NCBI GenBank assembly: GCA_963805085.1
Contig: CAWDTA010000001.1
Span: 192,001-256,000 of the forward strand
Direction of reading: 5' to 3'
DNA: 64,000 nt
Origin: an uncultured Veillonellaceae bacterium
GTDB taxonomy: Bacteria; Bacillota; Negativicutes; JARBTT01
Each line of letters begins with the position of its first letter. Positions within the stretch are counted from its first letter, which is position 1. Below the pieces are notes generated by a model. It was not told where the DNA came from, did no database searches, and saw nothing but the letters and a program-made list of their open reading frames with translations. Below, in pieces: positions 38,398 to 48,488 of the stretch. Made by a program: the position numbers and the translations under genes.

Positions 38398-39675
38398 GTG
38401 CGTATTCTAGTGATTGGTGGCGGTGGCCGTGAACACACCTTAGCTTGGAAGCTGTCACAAAGCAAAAATGTAGAGAAAATGTATGCGATTCCAGGAAATC
38501 CTGGGATGGAAAAAATCGCTGAATGCGATAGTGCGATTAGCATTTCTGATAATGATGCACTTGTTGCTTTTGCAAAAGCGCATAAAATAGATTTAACGGT
38601 AGTTGGGCCGGAGCTTCCACTAGCAAATGGCGTTGTCGATGCATTTGAAGCTGCTGGCTTAAAAGCCTTTGGACCAAGTAAAGTTGCCGCTGAAATTGAA
38701 GGTTCCAAAGCGTTTTCAAAATGGTTGATGAAAAAATACGATATTCCTACCGCCAAATTTGAAGTATTTACAGATGCCGAAGCGGCGCGTGCCTATGTAA
38801 ATGAACAAGGTGCACCAATCGTCATCAAAGCAGATGGACTCGCTGCGGGTAAAGGCGTTATCGTGGCAACCACACTGAAACAAGCAATTGAAGCTGTTGA
38901 CAGTATCATGTGCGACCAAGCTTTTGGCGAAGCTGGCAGTCGTGTGGTTATTGAAGAATGTTTAATTGGTGAAGAAGCATCTTTACTTACGTTCACAGAT
39001 GGTGAAACCATTGTACCGATGATTTCTTCGCAAGATCATAAACGGGCCTACGATAACGATGAAGGCCCTAACACTGGTGGTATGGGGACTTATGCGCCGG
39101 CACCAGTAGCAACAAAAGAAATACTGGCACAAGTGCAAAAAGAAATCTTAGAACCAACGATTCAAGCGATGGTTACAGAAGGTCGTAAATACGTTGGCTG
39201 TTTATATGTTGGGCTTATGATGACAGCAGATGGCCCTAAAGTAATTGAGTACAATGCGCGTTTTGGTGATCCTGAAACACAAGTTGTATTGCCTTTGCTC
39301 GACGGTGATTTGGCTGAAATTATGCTTGCTTGTATTGACGGTGAGCTTGCAGATACAAAGGTAAGTTGGAAAGATGAAGCGGCAGTATGCGTGGTTATGG
39401 CAGCTGGCGGTTATCCGGCAAGTTATCAAAAAGGTGATGTGATCAGCGGAATTGATGCGGCCGAAGCAGACGGTGCCGTTGTATTTCACGCTGGTACAGC
39501 AAAAACTGATGCCGGTATAGTAACAAATGGTGGTCGTGTTATCGGTGTTACAGCAACCGCTAGTAGTATTAAACAAGCGGTTGACAATGCCTATGCAGCA
39601 GTTGCTAAAATAAGCTTTAAGGACAATCATTTCCGCAAAGATATTGCATATCGTGCAATTGCAAGATTGAAATAA
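38398..39675 (+). CDS. purD: Phosphoribosylamine-glycine ligase
   Basis: GGGGREH, VVGPE.PL, KADGLAAGKGV, QDHKR, NTGGMG, EYNARFGDPE, TNGGRV. Confidence 0.98.
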   Translation: MRILVIGGGGREHTLAWKLSQSKNVEKMYAIPGNPGMEKIAECDSAISISDNDALVAFAKAHKIDLTVVGPELPLANGVVDAFEAAGLKAFGPSKVAAEIEGSKAFSKWLMKKYDIPTAKFEVFTDAEAARAYVNEQGAPIVIKADGLAAGKGVIVATTLKQAIEAVDSIMCDQAFGEAGSRVVIEECLIGEEASLLTFTDGETIVPMISSQDHKRAYDNDEGPNTGGMGTYAPAPVATKEILAQVQKEILEPTIQAMVTEGRKYVGCLYVGLMMTADGPKVIEYNARFGDPETQVVLPLLDGDLAEIMLACIDGELADTKVSWKDEAAVCVVMAAGGYPASYQKGDVISGIDAAEADGAVVFHAGTAKTDAGIVTNGGRVIGVTATASSIKQAVDNAYAAVAKISFKDNHFRKDIAYRAIARLK

Positions 39676-39680
39676 AATAG

Positions 39681-39731
39681 AAAAGAATCACGGAGAAGTT
39701 TGTTTTAATCAACTTTTTGTGGTTCTTTTTT
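39681..39731 (+). terminator. pur operon terminator
   Basis: aaaagaatcacggagaagtt / aactttttgtggttctttt plus T-tract. Confidence 0.7.
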
Positions 39732-39809
39732 GTATCTATTTTAAAGGTAAATAATAACTTTTTGACGAATTAAGATAAAAGATCATCTAGTATGATTGAG
39801 GAGTAGGCT

Positions 39810-40322
39810 ATGGAACTATCAATTATTGTAATCAATATGGTGATATTACTGATTCTATTTAGTGGTTTGGGGATGACCTTGGTAGGATTACCAGGGAATA
39901 TTGTTATCTTTTGTACAACCCTTGCCTATGCTTTTTATGATAAGTTTGTCCATATTGGAATCCGAGAGTTGACTTTTGTTTTAGGGGCAATTCTTATCGG
40001 GGAATTGTTTGAAACCCTAACGGCGGCGATCTGGGCGAAAAAGGAGAAAGCATCGAAACTAGCGATTTGCGTTGCAGTCATTGGCTCTATTGTAGGCGCT
40101 GTCCTTGGTACGATAATCGTGCCCATCATCGGTTCAATTATTGGGGCGTTAGTGGGTGGCTTTGTTAGTAGCTATATAGCAGAATATCGGACGACGCGTA
40201 ATTTTGAGCAGGCTTGGCGTGTGGCATTAGGTGTCATGAAAGGGCAGCTTCTCGGCATTGTAATTAAGTTTTCAGTTGCGATGGCAACCATTATGTATGT
40301 ACTCATTCAAATGCCATGGTAA
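39810..40322 (+). CDS. DUF456-family membrane protein
   Basis: Hydrophobic; LPG, Gly-rich GSIVGA..G.IIVP.IG.IIG..GGF....AEY pattern. Confidence 0.8.
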   Translation: MELSIIVINMVILLILFSGLGMTLVGLPGNIVIFCTTLAYAFYDKFVHIGIRELTFVLGAILIGELFETLTAAIWAKKEKASKLAICVAVIGSIVGAVLGTIIVPIIGSIIGALVGGFVSSYIAEYRTTRNFEQAWRVALGVMKGQLLGIVIKFSVAMATIMYVLIQMPW

Positions 40323-40443
40323 TTATATCCTCATTTCGTAAAAATTATAGTATAATGGGATAAGGATAGAGATTATCGTATATATTACTTTTAGAAACTG
40401 ATCTATGAATAAAAAAACATTAACATATTAGAGGAGGACCACA

Positions 40444-43368
40444 ATGTCTTTAGAAATTGGTCAAATGTATCACGGTTTTAAATTAGTTGAAACAAAAAAA
40501 GTCAAAGAAATAAATTCTGTAGTCAATATGTTTTACCATGAAAAAAGTGGCGCGCGTTTGTTATTTATGGAAAATGATGATGATAATAAAGTGTTTTCCA
40601 TTACCTTTCGGACGCCGCCTACCGATAGTACTGGTGTAGCACATATTGTGGAGCATTCTGTATTATGTGGTTCCAGAAAGTTCCCAATGCGTGAACCTTT
40701 TGTTGAACTGGTCAAGGGTTCATTGAATACGTACTTAAATGCGATGACATTTTCCGATAAAACGATGTATCCAGTTGCCAGTCGCAACGATAAAGATTTT
40801 CAAAATCTAATGGATGTTTATCTTGATGCAGTATTTTATCCATGTATGTATGAATGTCCAGAAATATTAATGCAAGAAGGTTGGCACTACGAAGCAGAAA
40901 ATACAAGTGATGAATTGAAATATAAAGGCGTAGTTTACAATGAAATGAAAGGTGCATTTTCCTCACCAGAGGCGATATTGGATAAAGAAATCGTAGCTTC
41001 TTTATTTCCTGATACTACGTATGGTTTTGAGTCTGGTGGTGATCCAGAAGTTATTCCAGAATTGACACAAAAAATGTTCTTAGATTTCCATAAAAAATAC
41101 TACCATCCCGCTAACAGCTATATTTACTTATATGGTGATATGGATATTTTAGAAAAACTGTCCTTTTTAAATGACGAGTATTTGAATGCTTTTGATAAGA
41201 TTGCAGTAGATTCTAGTATCGAAAAACAAGCCTTATTTAACGAACAAAAAGATGTAACAGAAGTTTATCCAATTTCGCCCAATGAACAGGCAGAGGACAA
41301 AACCTTTTTAAGCTGGAACTGCATTGTGGGAAAAGTAGAGGAAGCTGAAGTGATGCTCGCAATGCAAATTTTAGAGCACTTCTTACTTCGTACGCAAGCT
41401 GCACCACTGAAAAAAGCATTGGTTGATGCGGGAATTGGTAAAGATGTTTTAAGTTCATTTGGTGATGGGGTTTTACAACCGACCTTTAGTATTATTGCTA
41501 CTGGCGCCAATGAAGTAAGCAAAGAAAAATTTGCGCGGGTAATTCGTGAAACGCTGCAACAGCTCGTAACAGAAGGTATTGATAAAAAGTTAATTGAAGC
41601 ATCGATTAATTTATTAGAATTTAGGTTGCGTGAAGCGGATTTTGGTCAAAGTCCAAAAGGGTTAATCTATAATATCAAATTGCTGCATAGTTGGTTATAT
41701 GATGAAAGTCCAATGCTGTATTTAGAATATGAAGAAGCTTTAAATAATGTAAAATCAGCGTTGACTACCAACTATTTTGAAAAAATCATTCAAGAGCGCT
41801 TGCTCAATAATAAGCACGTAACCTTGGTAACATTAAAACCACAACAAGGGTTAGCGGAAGAAAAGGCAAAAGAAGTTCGTAAGTATTTAGCTGATTACAA
41901 AGCGAAATTATCCAAAGAACAGATGGAAGAGCTGGTAGAGATGACGAAAAAATTAAAAATACGTCAAGAGACACCAGATTCTCCTGAAGTGTTGGCAACG
42001 ATTCCGCTATTGGAATTAGAAGATATTGAAAAGAAATCCGAAAAATTGATTTTAATTGAAAAACAAATCAATGATACAAAAGTATTATTTCATCCAATCG
42101 TAACCAATCAGATTGCTTATTTAAACATCTATTTTGACGCTGGTACGGTGCCGCAAGCTTTGTTGCCATATGCATATTTATTGGCTGAGTTACTGGGAAA
42201 AGTAGCTACAGACAAATATGAGTATAGTGAACTTGCCAATGAAATTAATATTAGCACAGGTGGAATTGGTTGTGATGTTATTGCTTATACAGAAAGTGAT
42301 AGCGCCGAAGAGTATTATCCTAAATTTAAAATAAAATCAAAAGCACTTGTTAGTAAATTGCCAGAACTTTGTGGCCTGATTGCTGAAATAATTCGTACAA
42401 GTAAATTCGATGACAAGAAACGTATCAAAGAATTGATTGAACAAATAAAATCTTCACTCGAAATGTATTTGCTTCGCAATGCCCAACAAGTGGTTGCTAG
42501 TCGGGTATTATCTTATTTTTCCCCAGCGGGAAAATACAATGAACAAGGTCTACTTTCCTTCTATGAATTTGTAGCTGAACTAGATAAAAACTTTGAAACT
42601 AGATTTGTTGAACTAGGAGAAAAATTTGCGCAATTAGGCATTCTGCTGTTCAATAAACATAATTTGATGGTGAGTATTACGTTAGAGGAAGAAAACTATG
42701 GAAATTTTGAGTCGGCATTCACTGAAGTTTTAAATGTTCTTACGACGAATAAGGCGCCAAAACAAAGTTATGAATTTGAAGTGAAAAAATTAAATGAAGG
42801 TTTAATGACTTCTAGTAAGATTCAATATGTTGCAAAAGGTGCGAATTTTACTAAACTTGGCTTTAAATTTAATGGTAGTTTAAAAGTGCTTGAAACGATT
42901 TTACGTTATGATTACATGTGGAATAAGATTCGTGTGCAAGGTGGCGCATATGGCGCTTTTACACAGTTTAGACGCAATGGGAATATGGTGTTTGGCTCAT
43001 ATCGTGATCCGAATCTAGTGGAAACGATTGATGTTTATGATCATACTGCGGAATATTTGCGTAGTTTTGAGGTAAGTGAACGCGAAATGACGAAATACAT
43101 TATTGGTACGATGAGTACATTAGATACGCCACTTACCGCACAGATGAAGGGTGAGGTCGCGGCTGATTGTTATATTCGTCATATTACTGAGCAAGATATT
43201 CAAGAAGAACGTGATCAAATTTTAGCGACCCAGCAAGAAAATATCGTAGTGTTGGCAAACTTAATCGATGCCAGCATGAAAGAAAATTATCTTTGCGTGC
43301 TTGGTAATGAAGAAAAAATTAAAGATCATAAAGAAATCTTCAGTGAATTGAAAAATGTATTTGCTTAA
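40444..43368 (+). CDS. M16C presequence-protease-like insulinase
   Basis: Inverted zincin HIVEH, SLNTYLNAMT, QEGWH, GVVYNEMKG, IRVQGGAYG, SYRDP. Confidence 0.95.
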   Translation: MSLEIGQMYHGFKLVETKKVKEINSVVNMFYHEKSGARLLFMENDDDNKVFSITFRTPPTDSTGVAHIVEHSVLCGSRKFPMREPFVELVKGSLNTYLNAMTFSDKTMYPVASRNDKDFQNLMDVYLDAVFYPCMYECPEILMQEGWHYEAENTSDELKYKGVVYNEMKGAFSSPEAILDKEIVASLFPDTTYGFESGGDPEVIPELTQKMFLDFHKKYYHPANSYIYLYGDMDILEKLSFLNDEYLNAFDKIAVDSSIEKQALFNEQKDVTEVYPISPNEQAEDKTFLSWNCIVGKVEEAEVMLAMQILEHFLLRTQAAPLKKALVDAGIGKDVLSSFGDGVLQPTFSIIATGANEVSKEKFARVIRETLQQLVTEGIDKKLIEASINLLEFRLREADFGQSPKGLIYNIKLLHSWLYDESPMLYLEYEEALNNVKSALTTNYFEKIIQERLLNNKHVTLVTLKPQQGLAEEKAKEVRKYLADYKAKLSKEQMEELVEMTKKLKIRQETPDSPEVLATIPLLELEDIEKKSEKLILIEKQINDTKVLFHPIVTNQIAYLNIYFDAGTVPQALLPYAYLLAELLGKVATDKYEYSELANEINISTGGIGCDVIAYTESDSAEEYYPKFKIKSKALVSKLPELCGLIAEIIRTSKFDDKKRIKELIEQIKSSLEMYLLRNAQQVVASRVLSYFSPAGKYNEQGLLSFYEFVAELDKNFETRFVELGEKFAQLGILLFNKHNLMVSITLEEENYGNFESAFTEVLNVLTTNKAPKQSYEFEVKKLNEGLMTSSKIQYVAKGANFTKLGFKFNGSLKVLETILRYDYMWNKIRVQGGAYGAFTQFRRNGNMVFGSYRDPNLVETIDVYDHTAEYLRSFEVSEREMTKYIIGTMSTLDTPLTAQMKGEVAADCYIRHITEQDIQEERDQILATQQENIVVLANLIDASMKENYLCVLGNEEKIKDHKEIFSELKNVFA

Positions 43369-43430
43369 AAATATCATTATGGTGAGAAGAATAGTGAGTT
43401 GCTGATAGGATAATTTTATTTTCGAATAGG

Positions 43431-43474
43431 AAAATGACTACGAAGTGAAAGTATTTGCTTCGTAGTCATTTTTT
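43431..43474 (+). terminator. Terminator
   Basis: aaaatgactacgaag / cttcgtagtcatttt plus T's. Confidence 0.7.
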
Positions 43475-43565
43475 CATCCTAGTTTTTCATTTTGTTAAAA
43501 CATAAAAATATAATATTTATAGGATAGAGTGATATAATGTTGCTATTGAGTTTGGAGGAGATTTT

Positions 43566-44528
43566 ATGCTGATTGATTTACACTGTGATACAATATCGGT
43601 TTTGTTAAAGAAAGACAAAGATGGCGAATTGAAAAAAAATAACTTATGTGTTGATATCGAAAAATTAAGGCAAGGCGAATCACTTGCACAATTTTTTGCC
43701 TTGTTCGTTAATAAGGAGAAGGTAGAGAATCCCTTTGAATATGCGATGATCATGCTGGATAAATTTTATCAGGAAGTAGCGGCAAACTCGTCTGAGCTTG
43801 CAATCGCTCGAAATTATAATGAAATGATGGCAAACCATGCAAAGAGAAAAATATCAGCTTTTTTGACGATTGAAGAGGGCAGTGTCATCAAAGGAAAGTT
43901 AGAAAACTTACGTAATTTCTATCGGTTAGGTGTTAGATTGATGACATTAACTTGGAATTATCCCAATGAAATTGGGTATCCGAATTTTGATTGGAAGTAT
44001 CAAGAGCAGGGACTTACTGCGTTTGGTAAAGAAGTCGTTGCTGAGATGAACCGTCTTGGGATGATAATTGATGTATCGCATCTGTCTGATCAAGGCTTTT
44101 ATGAGGTTGCTAGCCTTTCACAGCAGCCTTTTATTGCTTCACATTCCAATAGCCGCGCAATCACCAATCATCCGCGCAATTTAACGGATGATATGATTCG
44201 AATCCTTGCTGAAAAGGGTGGCGTACTTGGTTTAAACTTTGCGGCAAGTTTTTTAGGTGATAGTGAAACTAGTAAAATAGAGGACATGATTTGCCATATT
44301 AAGCACATTTATCAAATTGGTGGAGCCGAAGTACTAGCAATTGGTACTGATTTTGATGGAACAGCGCCAAATCTTGAGATCATGCATGCTGGGCAGATAA
44401 ATCAATTAAGAGTTGCTTTGACAAAGAACGGTTTTACGGCGAGTGAAATAGATAAAATCTGGTATGAAAATAGCGGGCGGGTTATAAAAGAAGTTTGTCA
44501 TCAAATAAATAACATTGACAGTAACTAG
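43566..44528 (+). CDS. M19 membrane-dipeptidase-family protein
   Basis: DLHCDT, IEEG, TLTWN, IDVSHL, ASHSN, RNLTD, GTDFDG. Confidence 0.93.
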   Translation: MLIDLHCDTISVLLKKDKDGELKKNNLCVDIEKLRQGESLAQFFALFVNKEKVENPFEYAMIMLDKFYQEVAANSSELAIARNYNEMMANHAKRKISAFLTIEEGSVIKGKLENLRNFYRLGVRLMTLTWNYPNEIGYPNFDWKYQEQGLTAFGKEVVAEMNRLGMIIDVSHLSDQGFYEVASLSQQPFIASHSNSRAITNHPRNLTDDMIRILAEKGGVLGLNFAASFLGDSETSKIEDMICHIKHIYQIGGAEVLAIGTDFDGTAPNLEIMHAGQINQLRVALTKNGFTASEIDKIWYENSGRVIKEVCHQINNIDSN

Positions 44529-44576
44529 GGGAGTTTCTATAATTAGAAAGGATACATAATGCAAGGAGTCTTACGA

Positions 44577-45203
44577 ATGAAAAAATTCAGTCAAAGTGCA
44601 ATAGATACCAGTGATCCGCGAAATAAAAGACAGCATATCTTAGACGCGGCCTATATTATATTTTCAAGAAAAGGCTTTCACCGCGCAACCGTGGACGAAA
44701 TTATTGCGTTAGCTGACACAGGAAAAGGTACGGTATATAATTATTTTGTTAATAAAGAACAACTTTTTTATACCTTGATTAAAGAATATAGCAATCCCTT
44801 TAATAAAAAGATTGAAGAAATTGTTGCCAGTGATTTACTAGCATTAGATAAAATTAGTATTTTAACAAAAGAATTCTTGAGTTTTTATTCTAGAAATGCT
44901 GACTTATGGCGGGTTTTAATACACGAAATGCGTACTTTTGGCGAAGGTGGATATTCTGGATTTAATGAAGAGCAACGGGAAAAGTATAAGAAAGACTTTG
45001 AATATACAATCGTTTTATTAGAGTCTGTCATTCTACAAGGCGTAGAACAAAAACTCGTTCGGGAGTGTAATACGAAACAAGCGGCATATGGTTTATTTAG
45101 CGCTATTATTGCAATTGTATTCCAAGGTCTAGTGGAAGCAAACATAGAAAAAACGGCCGATAACATTGCTAATACATTTTTATTTGGGATTGCAACAAAA
45201 TAA
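44577..45203 (+). CDS. TetR/AcrR-family regulator
   Basis: ILDAA..IFSRKGFH.ATVDEI...A.TGKGTVYNYF.NKEQL. Confidence 0.93.
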   Translation: MKKFSQSAIDTSDPRNKRQHILDAAYIIFSRKGFHRATVDEIIALADTGKGTVYNYFVNKEQLFYTLIKEYSNPFNKKIEEIVASDLLALDKISILTKEFLSFYSRNADLWRVLIHEMRTFGEGGYSGFNEEQREKYKKDFEYTIVLLESVILQGVEQKLVRECNTKQAAYGLFSAIIAIVFQGLVEANIEKTADNIANTFLFGIATK

Positions 45204-45255
45204 TCAACGAAGGAAATTCAGCTGAAAGTGATGCTTATTAGGAGGAAAAATTTAA

Positions 45256-46293
45256 TTGGAAATTGATATTAGCAATAAAGTTAAAACAATGGTGCAGGGT
45301 GGAATCATCGGATTGTTGCTGCTTACCATTCTTCTTAGTGGTGGTATTTGGTGGTGGCAACATAATCAAGGATATGTATTGATTCACAATGCTAGTGTAA
45401 AAGGCATTGGTGTTAATGCCAGCGTGAAAGTTGCCGGGGTAGTAACAGACGTTATGGTTAAAGATGGCGATACCGTAGAGGTGGGCCAGACCCTAGCGAA
45501 GATAAAAATCAATGTATCACCAGAACAGGTGCAGCAATTAGAACAGGCAGTCGAATCAGCGAAGCTCCGTTATAATGAATTATTGACGAGACCAGCACCA
45601 ACGATGACAACCGTAACTGATGGTGATAGTAACCAGGGCGATGTAGCAGCGGCGCAAGCGGCTGTTGATAAAACAGCTACGAATAAAGATCGTATGGATA
45701 AACTATTTGAAATTGGTGCAGTAAGTGCAGTGCAGAGAAATAACGCAACGAATGCTTATCAAGCGGCAGAGGAAGCGTTAAATGCTGCCAGACAAGGATC
45801 AGCTAGTAGTAGCAGTAGTGTTCAGGTCAATAATACCCAAGATACTGGGCAATTATTGAAACTTGCAAAGTTCCAATTAGAACAAGCCGAAATGGCGTTG
45901 GCCGCTTCCGCACAAGTGGATCAGGTAACAGCTGTCCTTGCACCGGTTGCTGGGGTAGTCAATTATACTGAGGTAAAAGCTGGGGATACTATAGAAGCTG
46001 GACAGCCGATTTTTACCGTTGGCGATGCAGGTAATTTATGGGTTGAAGTGCAAGTGGATGAAAAGCAAATTGATAAATTAAAACTTGGTCAATTTGTCAA
46101 TTATTCGATTGAAAATTATCCAGAGCAAATATTTAAAGGTACTGTATTTGAAATAGCAAATGAAGCTTCTAATGAAGAAACTAAAAGTAATGAAAAGGCA
46201 CAGGGCTTACCAATCAAAATTTCTTTGCCTGTAGATACTGACTTTGTTTTTAAAGCTGGTATGAAGGTAGATATTAAAATTAGAAGCAACTAA
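45256..46293 (+). CDS. HlyD/EmrA-family membrane-fusion protein
   Basis: N-terminal TM, lipoyl-like halves (V.VKDGD.VE.GQ.LA; APVAGVV....K.GD), coiled coil, KLKLGQ, F..GM. Confidence 0.9.
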   Translation: MEIDISNKVKTMVQGGIIGLLLLTILLSGGIWWWQHNQGYVLIHNASVKGIGVNASVKVAGVVTDVMVKDGDTVEVGQTLAKIKINVSPEQVQQLEQAVESAKLRYNELLTRPAPTMTTVTDGDSNQGDVAAAQAAVDKTATNKDRMDKLFEIGAVSAVQRNNATNAYQAAEEALNAARQGSASSSSSVQVNNTQDTGQLLKLAKFQLEQAEMALAASAQVDQVTAVLAPVAGVVNYTEVKAGDTIEAGQPIFTVGDAGNLWVEVQVDEKQIDKLKLGQFVNYSIENYPEQIFKGTVFEIANEASNEETKSNEKAQGLPIKISLPVDTDFVFKAGMKVDIKIRSN

Positions 46294-46337
46294 AAATAAT
46301 CTGTCCCGTCGTAATTGGGACAGATTATTTTTAGTTG
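46288..46337 (+). terminator. Terminator
   Basis: caactaaaaataatctgtccc / gggacagattatttttagttg. Confidence 0.75.
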
Positions 46338-46448
46338 AATATTTTCATAAGTTAAAGAATAAAAGAAATAAAGAAGGAAAATAATAAAATAAGCAGAATA
46401 AATAATAAATAAATTAATTAATTAATTAATGTGTAAGGGGTGGTTTTC

Positions 46449-46760
46449 GTGTCTTCAAATCCAAAATTGAAAGATGAATTGACGGATCAGTTATTTAAGG
46501 CAGTCTTATTACTAGAGGACAGTGAAGAATGTTATCAATTCTTTGAAGATATATGTACCATTAGTGAAATGAAAGCTTTGGCACAGCGTCTCGAAGTAGC
46601 ACGAATGCTTAGTGCTGGGCATACTTATGATGATATTGTCGAACGTACTGGTGCTAGCACAGCAACGATTAGCCGTGTCAAGCGGTGCTTGAATTATGGC
46701 GCTGATGGTTATAAATCTATATTAGAACGCTTAGATAAAGTGGAAAAGGAAAGAGAATAG
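46449..46760 (+). CDS. yerC: YerC/YecD TrpR-like repressor (putative HisR)
   Basis: ECYQFFEDICTISE..ALAQRLEVA.ML..G.TY..I...TGASTATISRV.RCL.YG.DGY; upstream of hisZ. Confidence 0.9.
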   Translation: MSSNPKLKDELTDQLFKAVLLLEDSEECYQFFEDICTISEMKALAQRLEVARMLSAGHTYDDIVERTGASTATISRVKRCLNYGADGYKSILERLDKVEKERE

Positions 46761-46773
46761 GAGTTTTTTTGGA

Positions 46774-47958
46774 ATGAGTAAAAGTGAATTTGTACTACAA
46801 ATACCTTATGGAACAAGAGATTTTTTGCCACATGAAGCAGCTTGTAAACGTGAAATTGAAGCATCCATAGCGGATGTATTTGTTAAATGGGGCTATGATG
46901 AAGTTGTTACCCCTACGATTGAATATTTAGATACGCTTACGATTGGGAATGGTAGAGAAGTAGAGCCACATATGTTTAAATTTTTTGATAAAAATAATCG
47001 CACTTTGGCCCTTCGTCATGAGATGACAACTCCCATTGCCCGTGTTGCGGCTAGTCGTTTAAACGAAGTAGAATTACCACTTAAATTGTCTTATATCACG
47101 AATGTTTATCGTTATGAACAAGCACAAACTGGACGCCAATGTGAGTTTTATCAAGCTGGTGTTGAATTAATGGGCGTACCGAATGCAAGTGCCGATGCGG
47201 AAGTCATTGCGTTATCGATTGAACTACTGAGACAAGCTGGACTGGAAAATTTTCAAATCAGTTTAGGTCAAGTCGAATTTATCAACGGTGTTATGGATCA
47301 AGTGAAATTATCACCTGAGCAGCAGCAGCAAATCAAACAAGCAATGGTAACGCGGGATTTGGTTGGACTAGGAGAAATGCTAGATAATACAGAACTTACT
47401 AATAATGCGAAAGATATTTTAAAGCGCATTCCATTACTACACGGAAAAGAAGATATGTTAAAGCAAGCCTACAATATGGTTTATAATGAGCAAAGTAAAC
47501 GCGCTTTAGATAACTTAACAGAAATATATAACTTACTTAAAGGGTATGGCTTTGAAAAATATGTGAACTTCGATTTGGGTGTAATTCGCGATTTTAATTA
47601 TTATACTGGTATGGTATTTGAAGCCTATACACCAGGCCTTGGTTTCCCATTGTGCGGGGGCGGGCGTTATGATAATATGTTATCCGATTTTGGGACTGCT
47701 TGCCCAGCTACTGGTTTTGCACTTGGTATCGAGCGGATCATGTTGGCATTAGAACGCCAAGGACTTGCCGTAGTAAACACTAAAAAAGATATTTATGTTG
47801 CTTGGCAAGAGGGGAAAGTATTAGATGCCATTGTGCAAGCAAAAAAATTGCGTGATGAAGGTAATTCTGTAGAATTGGCTTTATGGGGGCAAACAGAAAA
47901 AACAGCTGAAGAATATCAAGTCTCTAAAGGGTATCATAAACTTGTGTACATAGGATAA
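46774..47958 (+). CDS. hisZ: ATP phosphoribosyltransferase regulatory subunit
   Basis: HisRS-like: PYGTRD, LRHEMTTPIAR, EFYQAGVEL, YYTGMVFE, GGGRYD, ATGFALG. Confidence 0.95.
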   Translation: MSKSEFVLQIPYGTRDFLPHEAACKREIEASIADVFVKWGYDEVVTPTIEYLDTLTIGNGREVEPHMFKFFDKNNRTLALRHEMTTPIARVAASRLNEVELPLKLSYITNVYRYEQAQTGRQCEFYQAGVELMGVPNASADAEVIALSIELLRQAGLENFQISLGQVEFINGVMDQVKLSPEQQQQIKQAMVTRDLVGLGEMLDNTELTNNAKDILKRIPLLHGKEDMLKQAYNMVYNEQSKRALDNLTEIYNLLKGYGFEKYVNFDLGVIRDFNYYTGMVFEAYTPGLGFPLCGGGRYDNMLSDFGTACPATGFALGIERIMLALERQGLAVVNTKKDIYVAWQEGKVLDAIVQAKKLRDEGNSVELALWGQTEKTAEEYQVSKGYHKLVYIG

Positions 47959-47963
47959 AGAAA

Positions 47964-48488
47964 ATGTTAAAGCGGATTAAACAAGTCATCTCAGCGCTTA
48001 CTGCTGAAATAGATGAAGAAGATAAAGATTTTATTGAAAAACATCTCGATCAACGTGAACAAACCTTATTTTGGGCGATGAATTTGCCAGATCAGCGGCA
48101 TGCTCTTAATGTTGCTTATACCGCATTTGGTTTAGCAGAACAAATAGTTAACGTTGATGAAGTAATGTTAATTAAGGCATCTCTGCTGCATGATGTTGGT
48201 AAAGTATTCGGTGATGTCAGTACGTTTGATAAAATTGTCACTGTAATTGCAGATAGATTTGCCCCAACATGGTCGAAGCAATGGGCAAAGCTGGGAAAGG
48301 GGAATAGGTTAGATAACCTCCGGCATGCATTTTATATTTATTTTCATCATGCAAAGCGCAGTGAAGCAAAGCTTCAGGCAATTGGTTTAACAGAATTGGC
48401 AACACTTGTTTCTAAACATCACAAAGCTCCAGCTGGTGATGACCCGCTGGAGCTTATCCTCTTACGTAAAGCAGATGAAAAAAATTAG
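47964..48488 (+). CDS. HD-domain phosphohydrolase
   Basis: DQRHALNV, LLHDVGK, HH, LRKADEKN. Confidence 0.85.
   Translation: MLKRIKQVISALTAEIDEEDKDFIEKHLDQREQTLFWAMNLPDQRHALNVAYTAFGLAEQIVNVDEVMLIKASLLHDVGKVFGDVSTFDKIVTVIADRFAPTWSKQWAKLGKGNRLDNLRHAFYIYFHHAKRSEAKLQAIGLTELATLVSKHHKAPAGDDPLELILLRKADEKN

Noticed and set aside
32275-39675. purK, purB and purL/Q/S missing from the pur operon
   Set aside because: purE-C-F-M-N-H-D with the other genes elsewhere is a common arrangement in clostridia and relatives.
46376-46430. A/T-rich run with (TTAA)n as a repeat array
   Set aside because: Low-complexity promoter DNA with no repeat-spacer structure.
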